The notes under the pieces were generated by a model. It made no database searches. It worked only from the letters and a program-made list of their open reading frames with translations, and was not told where the DNA came from. Below, in pieces: positions 28,588 to 37,950 of a DNA stretch of 64,000 bases. The translations under genes and the position numbers were made by a program. The first letter of the stretch is position 1. Every line of letters begins with the position of its first letter. Source of the DNA: Clostridiales bacterium Firm_18 (lineage in GTDB: Bacteria; Bacillota; Clostridia; Monoglobales; Firm-18); NCBI GenBank assembly GCA_001604215.1, contig LVAX01000092.1:72985-136984 (forward strand). The letters run 5' to 3'.

Positions 28588-29542
28588 GTTCGGCCATTTT
28601 TTATCTGCAAAAGCAGCGGACATAAAGGTTTTGGAATTTGCAATCGGGATGGGGCCCACAATATTTAAAAAACAGCGCGGCGAAACGGTTTATTCTATTC
28701 GGGCTTTGCCTATAGGCGGTTTTTGCAAAATGGAGGGCGAAGACGAGGACAGCCAGGATGAAAGGGCATTCGGCAACAAAGGCATTTGGCAAAGGTTTTT
28801 TGTGCTTGTTGCAGGGGCATTTATGAATATACTTACCGGATTTATAATTTTCGTGGTACTGATGAATACGCAGCAGCAGGTATATGTTCCAATCGTAAAT
28901 ACCGTTATCGAAGGTTCGCCCGCGGAGCAGGCAGGGTTAATGCCGGGCGACAAAATAACAAGCATAAACGGTACTATAATACACATTCAAAACGATTTTG
29001 CCTTTGAGATGTCAAGGTACACGGGCGGGGAAATAGCGGTCGGATATATAAGGGGGGGCACAAAAGGCATTGCAAGCCTAACCCCCATGAAGGGCGAAGA
29101 CGGACGCTTTCTTATCGGCATTACAAATTCTGTAAAGGATTTATTCTTTACATCTCGGATAACCAACTCGTATTACATGACACTCTTTACTTCCAAGGTA
29201 GTAATAATTTCACTCGGTGATTTGATAACCGGCAGGTACAGCTTCAAGGAAATGTCCGGGCCTGTCGGGATTGTACAGCATATAGGAGAGGCGGCAAAAA
29301 CCGGCATATTGGATTTGCTCAGCCTTACGGCGCTGATTACCATCAATTTGGGAGTTTTTAATTTGCTGCCCGTTCCCGCGCTCGACGGCGGGAGGCTGCT
29401 GTTTTTACTGGTTGAAGCGGTACGCCGGAAAAAGCTTCCTCCCGAAAAGGAAGGGCTTGTTCACTTTGTCGGCTTTGCTCTTTTGATACTTCTTATGATA
29501 CTGGCAACAACAAACGACATTGGAAAGATTTTTGGAGGATAG
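28532..29542 (+). CDS. rseP: RIP site-2 metalloprotease
   Basis: HEFGHF zinc motif in TM1, a PDZ-like middle region and NLLPVPALDGG. Confidence 0.9.
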   Translation: MITAISAIIVFLLLILVHEFGHFLSAKAADIKVLEFAIGMGPTIFKKQRGETVYSIRALPIGGFCKMEGEDEDSQDERAFGNKGIWQRFFVLVAGAFMNILTGFIIFVVLMNTQQQVYVPIVNTVIEGSPAEQAGLMPGDKITSINGTIIHIQNDFAFEMSRYTGGEIAVGYIRGGTKGIASLTPMKGEDGRFLIGITNSVKDLFFTSRITNSYYMTLFTSKVVIISLGDLITGRYSFKEMSGPVGIVQHIGEAAKTGILDLLSLTALITINLGVFNLLPVPALDGGRLLFLLVEAVRRKKLPPEKEGLVHFVGFALLILLMILATTNDIGKIFGG

Positions 29543-29543
29543 A

Positions 29544-30590
29544 ATGTATAAAAGGGAAGATACAAAGCCGGTATATGTTTCCGGAGTGAAAATAGGCGGC
29601 GGCAATGTTACCGTTCAAAGCATGTGCAGCACCAAAACAACCGACATAGATAAAACCCTGGCGCAGATAAATTCTCTTGCGGCAGCAGGCTGCGACATAG
29701 TACGGCTTGCGGTGGACAGCCATGCCGCGGCGCAGGCGTTTGCCGAAATCAGAAAGAATACGGATGTTCCGCTGGTTGCGGATATACATTTTGATTACAC
29801 GCTTGCCGTAAAATGCGCTCAGAGCGGTGCGGACAAAATCCGTATAAATCCGGGGAATATCGGTGACAAGGAAAATATAAGGCAAGTCGTATCCGCATGC
29901 AAGGAAAGGAAAATACCGATTAGAATAGGCGTTAACATGGGCTCTGTTGAAAAGGAAGCGGAAAGAAGGTACGGCAGAACCCCCCGGGCGATGGTTGAAA
30001 GCGCAGCTTATCATATCCGGCTGCTGGGTGAGTTTGATTTTGACGATATTGTTGTTTCCCTCAAAGCGTCGGATGTTGTAAAAACGGTGGAAGCATACCG
30101 CTTATTTAGCAGCTTGTATCCCTATCCTCTTCATTTGGGGATAACCGAGGCGGGCACCGAATATTCGGGCATTATAAAGTCGGCGACGGGCATAGGGGCA
30201 TTGCTGCTTGACGGAATCGGCGACACCGTCAGGGTATCGCTGACGGCGGACCCGCTGGCCGAGGTGCGTGCGGCAAGGGAAATATTGAAAGCGACCGGGC
30301 TTTTAAAAACAGGTATTGAGTTTATATCATGCCCCACCTGCGGGAGATGCAAAATAGATCTTATTAACCTGGCAAAAAAGGTTGAGGCTGCTCTTTGCGG
30401 CGTGGATAAAAACATAAAGGTTGCAATTATGGGCTGCGCGGTAAACGGGCCGGGCGAAGCAAGGGATGCGGATATCGGTATTGCCGGCGGCAGCGGCTGC
30501 GCCGTTTTGTTTAAAAAAGGAGCAATATTGCGGAAAATTAAAGAATGTGAAATAGCAGAGACATTGATAAAAGAAATAGGAGACATGTAA
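29544..30590 (+). CDS. ispG: 4-hydroxy-3-methylbut-2-enyl-diphosphate synthase
   Basis: VQSMCSTKT...RINPGNIG...CPTCGRC. Confidence 0.9.
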   Translation: MYKREDTKPVYVSGVKIGGGNVTVQSMCSTKTTDIDKTLAQINSLAAAGCDIVRLAVDSHAAAQAFAEIRKNTDVPLVADIHFDYTLAVKCAQSGADKIRINPGNIGDKENIRQVVSACKERKIPIRIGVNMGSVEKEAERRYGRTPRAMVESAAYHIRLLGEFDFDDIVVSLKASDVVKTVEAYRLFSSLYPYPLHLGITEAGTEYSGIIKSATGIGALLLDGIGDTVRVSLTADPLAEVRAAREILKATGLLKTGIEFISCPTCGRCKIDLINLAKKVEAALCGVDKNIKVAIMGCAVNGPGEARDADIGIAGGSGCAVLFKKGAILRKIKECEIAETLIKEIGDM

Positions 30591-30593
30591 AAA

Positions 30594-33500
30594 ATGGGAA
30601 TGAGCTTGGCTGATTTTTTTTCGAGAACAGACAGCACCATGCTGCGGGACGCACAGGTTGTTGACGTCAGTGCACATAAAGAAAAAAGAGAAATTAACGT
30701 AACCGCAAGATTTGATAAGCTTGCGGCTTTTTCGGATATAAAGGGTATGCAAAGCCAAATATCCTCAGACTACGCATTAAATAAGGTAATAATCAACCCA
30801 CGGTATCCCAAAGAGCTTTTCGGTCCGGACTTTTTGGGCAATCTTACGGAATACATATCGGAGAAGCATCCGGTGGTCATGAGTGTGCTTGCGGGAGCCT
30901 GCGCGGATTATACCGACGGAATATTTACCGTTACACTTCAAAACAACGGGATTGAGACATTGTCCGAAATCGGCTTTGCCAAAATTGCAAGCCGTATAAT
31001 AAAAGAGCAGTTCGGGACGGATGTTAAGGTTGAAATAAAGGTTCAATCGGAAACCTTTGAGGAATACGAAAGAAAAAAGGAAGAAAAGGTTAAAAAAATC
31101 GAAAGTACAAAGACGGAGAAACCGAAGGATGAAAACCCCGTTGTTTTCGGGAAGGAAATAAAAAGCGGGAATTTTGATAAAATAAGCCGGATTAATGAGA
31201 CAAGCGGTAATGTGCTGCTGCAAGGGGAATTGTTCAAAAAGGATATAGACGCGAGGGAAACGCGAAACGGCAAATATATAGTCACCTTTGATATAACAGA
31301 TTACGAGGGAAGCATAACGTGTAAACTGTTCGGAATAGAAAAAAAGGATTATTTAAGGCTCTTTGAGCGTCTGAAAAAAGGTGTGAATGTTGCCGTAAGG
31401 GGAGAGGCACAGTATGATAAATATGCCCGTGAGGTTTTGGTCCTTGCGAAAGATATAAATATTGTAAGCAAGAAAACGCGCTGTGACAATGCCCCAAAAA
31501 AGCGCGTTGAGTTGCATTTGCATACAAAAATGAGCTTTATGGATGCTATGTCCGACGTTACGGAAATCGTAAAAAAAGCTCAGGAATGGGGGCATAAGGC
31601 AATTGCAATAACGGACCACGGGGTGGTACAGGCATTTCCCGACTCTGTCAAAGGTATCGGGGATGACTTTAAGGTAATATTCGGAGTGGAAGCTTATCTT
31701 ATAGATTTGGGCAGGCCGATTGCCTTTAATACAAACGGCCAGTCCGCATCAGACAATGTTGTGATTTTCGATATCGAAACGACCGGGTTTAGCCCCGAAA
31801 AAGACAGGATAATAGAAATAGGGGCGGTTAAAATCAAAAACGGTCAAATAGCCGACCGTTTCAGTTCTTTTGTAAACCCTCAAATGCCGATATCCGATAA
31901 AATATCCAGGCTCACCGGCATAACCGACGATATGGTGTCCGGTGCCCCGGTCATAGAAACGGTGCTTGAACAGTTTGTTGATTTTTGCGGCGATGCGGTT
32001 TTGGTTGCCCATAACGCCGCCTTTGACATGGGTTTTATAAAGGCTAACGCAAAAAGGCAGGGTATGGATTTTTCGCCCGCATATATTGATACGGTTGAAA
32101 TGGCAAGGGGGGCGCTTCCCGAGCTTGAAAGCCATAAGCTAAATGTTGTTGCCCAGGCGTTGGGAGTAAGCCTGCAGGGCCATCACAGGGCGGTTAACGA
32201 TGCGGAGGCAACGGCGCAGATTTATTTAAAGCTTGCCGGCCTTGCAAAGGTTAAAAGCGTGGACGAGCTTAACGAGGCGTTTGAAAAAGAAGGCTCTTTT
32301 AAAGAAAAGAAGTATTATCACGCCGTAATAATCGCGAAAAATAAAAAGGGGCTTAAAAATCTTTATAAAATAATTACGGCATCCCATTTAAACTATTTTT
32401 ATAAAAAGCCGTGCGTACCGAAATCTTTGTATTTTCGGCACATGGAAGGCCTAATAATAGGCACGGCGTGCGAGCAGGGAGAACTGTACCAGGCAATTTT
32501 AAGCGGCGCTTCTTCAAAGCAGCTGGGTAAAATAGTCAGGATGTATGATTATCTTGAAATACAGCCCCTGGGCAACAACGAGTTTTTAATAAGGGACGGT
32601 GTTGTCAAGAGCAGGGACGAATTGATTGAAATAAACAAAAAAATAATTGAACTCGGGGATTATTACAAAAAGCCTGTTGTTGCAACCTGTGACGTGCACT
32701 TTCTTGACCCGCACGACAGCATATACAGGGCAATACTAATGGCAGGACAGGGCTATAGCGAACCGGATTTGCAGCCCCCTCTTTATTTGCGTACGACAGA
32801 GGAAATGCTTGCCGAGTTTGATTACCTGCCCCCCGGGAAGGCATATGAAATCGTTGTGGAAAATACCAATAAAATTGCCGATATGTGCGAAAAAATGAAG
32901 CCGGTTCCCGACGGGACATTTCCTCCGGTCATGGGCAACTCCAAGGAAGAAATAATAAATATGTGCAGGGAAAAAGCGTTTCGCATATACGGGAACCCGC
33001 TTCCGGAAATTGTTGAAAGCAGGATGAATAAAGAGCTTGCGGCGATAAATAAATACGGCTTTTCCGTTATGTATCTTATTGCGCAGCGGCTGGTTAGAAA
33101 AAGCAATGACGACGGTTATTCGGTAGGCTCAAGGGGCTCGGTCGGCTCGTCCTTTGTTGCATTTTTATGCGATATTACCGAGGTTAATGCCTTGCCGCCC
33201 CATTATGTATGCGGCAGCTGCAAGTACAGTGAATTTATTACGGACGGCAGCGTAGGCTCCGGCATCGACATGCAGGATAAGGATTGCCCCAAATGCGGCA
33301 AAAAGCTGCAAAGAGACGGGCATGATATCCCGTTTGAAACCTTTCTCGGCTTTGAGGGGGATAAGGAGCCGGATATAGATTTGAATTTTTCCGGAGAATA
33401 TCAGGCGACGGCACACAAATATACGGAGGAGCTGTTCGGCAAGGGCAATGTTTTCAGGGCGGGAACCATAAGTACGCTTGCCGATAAGATGGCGTACGGG

Positions 33501-34796
33501 TATGTAAAAAAGTACCTGGAGGAAAGGGGCAAAACCGCGACAAATGCCGAAGTCAACCGTCTTGTGGAGGGCTGCAGCGGGGTTAAAAAAACCACCGGAC
33601 AGCATCCGGGCGGCGTAATTATTTTGCCGAAAGGGTTTGACATTCATGATTTTTGTCCTATCCAGCATCCCGCCGACGACCGCAGCAAGGGAGTAATTAC
33701 TACTCATTTTGATTACCATTCCATCAGCGGGCGCCTTTTGAAGCTTGATATATTGGGGCATGATGATCCCACAATGATAAAAATGCTTGAAGATTTGACG
33801 GGGATTGACTCAAAAACCATTCCGCTTGACGATGAGGAAACAATGTCGCTTTTTACTTCCACTAAGGCTTTGGGGGTAACACCCGAAGAAATAGGCTCAC
33901 AGGTCGGAACTTTCGGGATACCCGAGCTTGGGACAAGGTTCGTGCGGCAGATGCTGGAGGAAACAAAGCCTGCAACCTTTTCCGAACTGGTGCGGATTTC
34001 GGGCCTTTCCCACGGCACCGATGTCTGGACAAACAATGCCCAGGAGCTTATTAAAAACAATATTGCCACGCTGCGCGAGGCAATATGTACCCGTGACGAT
34101 ATAATGACATTTCTTATATACAAGGGACTGCCGTCGAAAAACGCTTTCGATATTATGGAGCGAGTCCGAAAGGGCAAAGGCCTTACCGATTCGGACGAAG
34201 AGCTTATGAAGAAATATAATATACCCGATTGGTATATCGCCTCGTGCAACAAGATAAAATACATGTTCCCGAAGGCGCATGCGGTTGCATATATAACAAG
34301 CGCGCTTCGGATTGCGTGGTATAAGGTTCACAAGCCCCTTGAATTTTATCTTGCGTATTTTACGGTGCGTGCGGATGAATTTGATGCGGAGATTATGTGC
34401 GATGCCGAAACTGCCAAAAAGAAAAAACGCGAGCTTGAGGGCCTGCAGGGGACGGAATTGTCCCCAAAGGATAAAAATGTCTTAACAATACTTGAAATAG
34501 TAAACGAAATGTATGCAAGGGGTATAAAATTTGTTCCGGTGGATATACATAAATCACATGCCAAGCGTTTTTTGGACTCCGGCGGCTGCATACTGCCCCC
34601 GCTTTGCGCCATTGCCGGCCTGGGCGGCTCGGTTGCCGATACCATTGTGGAGGCAAGGGAAAAGACGCCCTTTGATTCGATGGAGGATTTGCGAAGCAGG
34701 ACGAGCATAAGCAAAACGGTGGTGGATCTGATGAAAAAACAAGGCTGCTTGGGTGATATGCCCGAAAGCAATCAAATAAGCTTTTTTAATTTATAG
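30594..34796 (+). CDS. polC: DNA polymerase III PolC-type
   Basis: 1400 aa with a PHP domain, the exonuclease motif VIFDIETTG and a C-terminal NQISFF tail. The TAG stop lies inside repeat copy 3. Confidence 0.95.
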   Translation: MGMSLADFFSRTDSTMLRDAQVVDVSAHKEKREINVTARFDKLAAFSDIKGMQSQISSDYALNKVIINPRYPKELFGPDFLGNLTEYISEKHPVVMSVLAGACADYTDGIFTVTLQNNGIETLSEIGFAKIASRIIKEQFGTDVKVEIKVQSETFEEYERKKEEKVKKIESTKTEKPKDENPVVFGKEIKSGNFDKISRINETSGNVLLQGELFKKDIDARETRNGKYIVTFDITDYEGSITCKLFGIEKKDYLRLFERLKKGVNVAVRGEAQYDKYAREVLVLAKDINIVSKKTRCDNAPKKRVELHLHTKMSFMDAMSDVTEIVKKAQEWGHKAIAITDHGVVQAFPDSVKGIGDDFKVIFGVEAYLIDLGRPIAFNTNGQSASDNVVIFDIETTGFSPEKDRIIEIGAVKIKNGQIADRFSSFVNPQMPISDKISRLTGITDDMVSGAPVIETVLEQFVDFCGDAVLVAHNAAFDMGFIKANAKRQGMDFSPAYIDTVEMARGALPELESHKLNVVAQALGVSLQGHHRAVNDAEATAQIYLKLAGLAKVKSVDELNEAFEKEGSFKEKKYYHAVIIAKNKKGLKNLYKIITASHLNYFYKKPCVPKSLYFRHMEGLIIGTACEQGELYQAILSGASSKQLGKIVRMYDYLEIQPLGNNEFLIRDGVVKSRDELIEINKKIIELGDYYKKPVVATCDVHFLDPHDSIYRAILMAGQGYSEPDLQPPLYLRTTEEMLAEFDYLPPGKAYEIVVENTNKIADMCEKMKPVPDGTFPPVMGNSKEEIINMCREKAFRIYGNPLPEIVESRMNKELAAINKYGFSVMYLIAQRLVRKSNDDGYSVGSRGSVGSSFVAFLCDITEVNALPPHYVCGSCKYSEFITDGSVGSGIDMQDKDCPKCGKKLQRDGHDIPFETFLGFEGDKEPDIDLNFSGEYQATAHKYTEELFGKGNVFRAGTISTLADKMAYGYVKKYLEERGKTATNAEVNRLVEGCSGVKKTTGQHPGGVIILPKGFDIHDFCPIQHPADDRSKGVITTHFDYHSISGRLLKLDILGHDDPTMIKMLEDLTGIDSKTIPLDDEETMSLFTSTKALGVTPEEIGSQVGTFGIPELGTRFVRQMLEETKPATFSELVRISGLSHGTDVWTNNAQELIKNNIATLREAICTRDDIMTFLIYKGLPSKNAFDIMERVRKGKGLTDSDEELMKKYNIPDWYIASCNKIKYMFPKAHAVAYITSALRIAWYKVHKPLEFYLAYFTVRADEFDAEIMCDAETAKKKKRELEGLQGTELSPKDKNVLTILEIVNEMYARGIKFVPVDIHKSHAKRFLDSGGCILPPLCAIAGLGGSVADTIVEAREKTPFDSMEDLRSRTSISKTVVDLMKKQGCLGDMPESNQISFFNL

Positions 34797-34913
34797 GAAA
34801 TTGCGCAAAATCCGTGCAATTTCACGCTCCGGCGGAATGAATCCGCCTACGCTTACGCTCGCGCGGCGAGCGGTAGCGTTCGGGAAAGCGCTACGCGCCC
34901 GAACGCTTAATTT
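34792..34913 (+). repeat. Structured intergenic repeat, copy 3 of 4
   Basis: Full-length copy with a compensatory C-G to G-C swap in hairpin 3 and a G-U in hairpin 1. Confidence 0.9.
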
Positions 34914-34940
34914 GGCATATAGGGCCAAGTTCTATATGCC
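34914..34940 (+). other. Additional 9-bp hairpin immediately after repeat copy 3
   Basis: GGCATATAG (34914-34922) pairs with CTATATGCC (34932-34940). The weak T tail TTAATCCTT follows. Confidence 0.35.
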
Positions 34941-34964
34941 TTAATCCTTAGGAGTGAACGGTGG

Positions 34965-35540
34965 ATGCTTTCGGTAAAAGAAGTTATTGTTGTTGAGGGG
35001 AAATACGATAAGATGCAGCTTTCCCGGACCGTTGACGCGCTTATAATAACAACGGACGGCTTTGGTTTGTATAAAGACAAGCAAAAGATTGACCTGCTGC
35101 GGCGGCTTTCCAGGGAGCGGGGCATAATAATTTTGACCGATTCGGACAGCGCGGGTTTCAGAATAAGAAATTACCTTCGCCAATGCCTCGGCGAGGCTTG
35201 TATCAAGCATGCATATATACCCGAAATAAGCGGCAGGGAAAAGCGTAAGGCAAAGGCGGGACGGGAGGGCCTGATAGGCGTTGAGGGGGTAGACGGCGAA
35301 ACAATAAAAAAAGCGCTTATACAAGCGAACGCAACCTGCGGCGACAAATCAAAGCCGGCGTTAACAAAAACCCGTTTTTTCGAGGACGGCTTTGCCGGCG
35401 TGCCGGGCAGCGCCGAAAGAAGACGAATGCTTGCAAAAAAGATTGGACTCCCTGAAAAGATTTCGGCAAACGCCATGATTGATTTTATAAACCGGATTTA
35501 CACTTTTGAAGAATACCTTAGGTTAATTGAGGAGCTGTAA
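34965..35540 (+). CDS. Toprim-domain protein (RNase M5-like / DUF4093)
   Basis: EVIVVEGKYD...GIIILTDSDSAGFRIRNYL resembles the RNase M5 Toprim core. Confidence 0.6.
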   Translation: MLSVKEVIVVEGKYDKMQLSRTVDALIITTDGFGLYKDKQKIDLLRRLSRERGIIILTDSDSAGFRIRNYLRQCLGEACIKHAYIPEISGREKRKAKAGREGLIGVEGVDGETIKKALIQANATCGDKSKPALTKTRFFEDGFAGVPGSAERRRMLAKKIGLPEKISANAMIDFINRIYTFEEYLRLIEEL

Positions 35541-35544
35541 AAAA

Positions 35545-36945
35545 ATGAAGATTACAATTATTCAAAACGGCATAAAAACACAAAAAAACGTTGCGGCAGG
35601 CACTTTACTCATCGAAGCGCTCGGCGGCAGGGTGGAAGCCTCTTGCGGGGGCAAGGGAAGGTGCGGCAAATGCAAGGTAATCGTTGACGGGCAGACGGTG
35701 CTGGCTTGCCTGACCCCGGTTGACAGGGACATGGAGGTTATCCTGCCGGATGATTACCGCGCAAAAATATTAACGGAGGGCATAACCCGGGATGTCACGC
35801 CCGACGGCGAGCCGGGACTGGGTGTAGCGGTTGATGTGGGGACTACAACAATTGCGGCAAGGCTTATACGGCTTGAAGACGGCGCGGTGCTGAAAACAGT
35901 TTCGCAGCTTAACAGGCAAAAACAATTCGGCAGTGATGTAATTTCAAGGATAGAAAAGGGAACTCCCCCTTTGCACGAATGTATAATAAAACAGCTTAAT
36001 GATATTATTTCGGAGCTTAAAGGCAAAAATGAAATAAAGCGGCTTGTATTTGCCGGGAATACGGCAATGATGCATTTTGTCCAGGGCTTTAGCGTTGATA
36101 CGCTGGCGGTTGCCCCGTACAAGCCTTACAATATTGAAATGATTACATACGATGCGGCCGATTTAGGCCTTGACGGCAATTTCGAAGCCATAGCGGCCCC
36201 GTGCATTGCAGGATATGTCGGCGCCGATACGGTATGCGCAATTTTAGCGTGCCAAATGGATATGGGGCAGGAGACAAGCCTGCTTGTGGATATCGGCACA
36301 AACGGCGAAATCGTGTTAAAGCACGAAGAAAATCTGCTGTGCTGCTCCGCCGCGGCCGGGCCGGCTTTTGAGGGCGCACACATTAAACACGGGACGGGCA
36401 GTATTGAAGGTGCGATTAACAAGGTGGTTATTAAAAACGGAATTCACACGGAAACAATCGGCGGCAAAGAACCGATTGGGATTTGCGGAAGCGGTATAAT
36501 TGATGCAACGGCCGAGATGCTAAAGAATGACATTATAGACGAGTCGGGATTTCTGGAACATGATTTTAAAATCGCACCGGGCATATACATAACCCAAAGC
36601 GATATAAGGGAAATACAGCTTGCGAAATCCGCAATCCGCGCCGGTATTGAAACGCTGCTAAGTGAAAACGGGGCTGCAAGCGCCGATATAAAATATGCGT
36701 ATCTGGCAGGAGGCCTGGGAAACTGCGCCGATGTTGAAAATGCGGCGTATATAGGGCTTATGCCGGCGGAATTAAAAGACAAGGCAATCGCAAGCGGCAA
36801 TGCGGCCCTCGGCGGCTTGTCGGGCCTGCTTGTGAGCCGCCGCCTGAGGGATAAAGCAAAAGAAATCGCACACTCAGTAAAGCATGTGGATTTGGCGGCA
36901 AACGCCTTTTTTCAAAACAGCTTTATATCAAACATCTCGTTCTAA
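35545..36945 (+). CDS. 2Fe-2S ferredoxin plus ASKHA-fold (DUF4445, RACo-like) protein
   Basis: N-terminal CGGKGRCGKCKV plant-type ferredoxin motif. The body resembles corrinoid-activation (RACo/DUF4445) proteins (DVGTTTIA...DIGTNGEI). Confidence 0.6.
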   Translation: MKITIIQNGIKTQKNVAAGTLLIEALGGRVEASCGGKGRCGKCKVIVDGQTVLACLTPVDRDMEVILPDDYRAKILTEGITRDVTPDGEPGLGVAVDVGTTTIAARLIRLEDGAVLKTVSQLNRQKQFGSDVISRIEKGTPPLHECIIKQLNDIISELKGKNEIKRLVFAGNTAMMHFVQGFSVDTLAVAPYKPYNIEMITYDAADLGLDGNFEAIAAPCIAGYVGADTVCAILACQMDMGQETSLLVDIGTNGEIVLKHEENLLCCSAAAGPAFEGAHIKHGTGSIEGAINKVVIKNGIHTETIGGKEPIGICGSGIIDATAEMLKNDIIDESGFLEHDFKIAPGIYITQSDIREIQLAKSAIRAGIETLLSENGAASADIKYAYLAGGLGNCADVENAAYIGLMPAELKDKAIASGNAALGGLSGLLVSRRLRDKAKEIAHSVKHVDLAANAFFQNSFISNISF

Positions 36946-37338
36946 TACACTGCAGTTGCCCTTAAACACCGAGCCTTCGTCAACAATCAGGCTGTATGCG
37001 GTGTGCTCGCCGCTGACGCTGGCGGTTCTTTTGACGCAAAGCATTCCTTTGGCGTTTATGTTGCCGTTTACCGTGCCTGCAATGATAATGTTGTCGGCGA
37101 AAATATTGCCGTTTATCCGGCCGCTCGTGCCGACAATCAAATCCCCTTCTATTTTAACTTCGCCGTTAACGGTGCCGTCCGCCTTGCAGTTTCCGTCAGC
37201 CGTAATATCGCCGTCTATTACGGTTTTTTTGCCGATTAAGGTGTCTATTTTCAATATTTCCGGATTAACATTGAATTTTTTGGGTATCAACCCTTTGATT
37301 TTTTCTAAAAAACTCAAATCATCATCTCCTTTTATCAT
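36928..37338 (-). CDS. Bactofilin-family polymer-forming cytoskeletal protein
   Basis: Repetitive beta-helix pattern (IDGDITADGNCKADGTVNGEVKIEGDLIVG...GTVNGNINA). Confidence 0.75.
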   Translation of the reverse strand: MIKGDDDLSFLEKIKGLIPKKFNVNPEILKIDTLIGKKTVIDGDITADGNCKADGTVNGEVKIEGDLIVGTSGRINGNIFADNIIIAGTVNGNINAKGMLCVKRTASVSGEHTAYSLIVDEGSVFKGNCSVLERDV

Positions 37339-37387
37339 GATATATTCGATATAAACTGAAAAAATCCTGCAATTTTTATAAAAATGC

Positions 37388-37416
37388 TTGCTTTTTATTG
37401 TTAATTAGGATATAAT
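37388..37416 (+). promoter_or_regulatory. Sigma-A promoter of the rimP-nusA-infB operon
   Basis: TTGCTT, a 17-nt spacer, then TATAAT. Confidence 0.6.
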
Positions 37417-37431
37417 ATGATTAATGTTTTC

Positions 37432-37459
37432 AAAGAGTGGGCTCAATTTCCCACTCTTT
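37432..37459 (+). promoter_or_regulatory. Leader hairpin (possible attenuator) upstream of rimP
   Basis: Perfect 10-bp stem AAAGAGTGGG / CCCACTCTTT with an 8-nt loop, followed by the T-rich CGTATATTATT. Confidence 0.4.
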
Positions 37460-37488
37460 CGTATATTATTCGGAGGTTATGTCCTGAT

Positions 37489-37944
37489 ATGACTTATTCA
37501 AAAACGGAAAAATATGCGCTTAAAATATCGGAGGAAGCAGCAAAAGCGCATGGCTACGAGATTTACGACGTTGAATATGTAAAGGAAGGGCCCCATTGGT
37601 TTTTGCGGGTTTTTATTGACAGGGAATCCGGCGTCAGCCTTGACGACTGTGAAATTATCAGCAATATGATAAGTGCTCGCCTTGACAAGGACGATTTTAT
37701 CAAGGGGAGTTATTTCCTTGAGGTGTCTTCCCCCGGACTGGAGCGTATGCTGCGCAGCAGCAGCCACTTTGAAAAAGCAATAGGCAAAAGGATTGCCGTT
37801 GCTAAAAAGGACGGAAAAACCATAAACGGAATTTTAACAGCAAGCTCAGACAGCGACATTACGCTTGACGAAAATATAATAATAAGTAAAAACATGATTA
37901 AAAAAGCAAATATCCTGTTTGATTTTATGAGTGAGGAGAGATAG
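37489..37944 (+). CDS. rimP: Ribosome maturation factor RimP
   Basis: GYEIYDVEYVKEGPHWFLRVFID...LEVSSPGLERML. The start at M25 has a GGAGG SD. Confidence 0.9.
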   Translation: MTYSKTEKYALKISEEAAKAHGYEIYDVEYVKEGPHWFLRVFIDRESGVSLDDCEIISNMISARLDKDDFIKGSYFLEVSSPGLERMLRSSSHFEKAIGKRIAVAKKDGKTINGILTASSDSDITLDENIIISKNMIKKANILFDFMSEER

Positions 37945-37950
37945 ATAAAA

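Noticed and set aside
36884-37354. 156-aa plus-strand ORF overlapping the bactofilin gene.
   Set aside because: The minus-strand product shows the repetitive bactofilin beta-helix pattern. The plus-strand product is low-complexity Ser/Pro/Leu-rich with no motif.
37417-37488. Long form of RimP starting at 37417.
   Set aside because: The extension overlaps the -10 region and the leader hairpin. The conserved RimP sequence starts at M25, which has a GGAGG SD.
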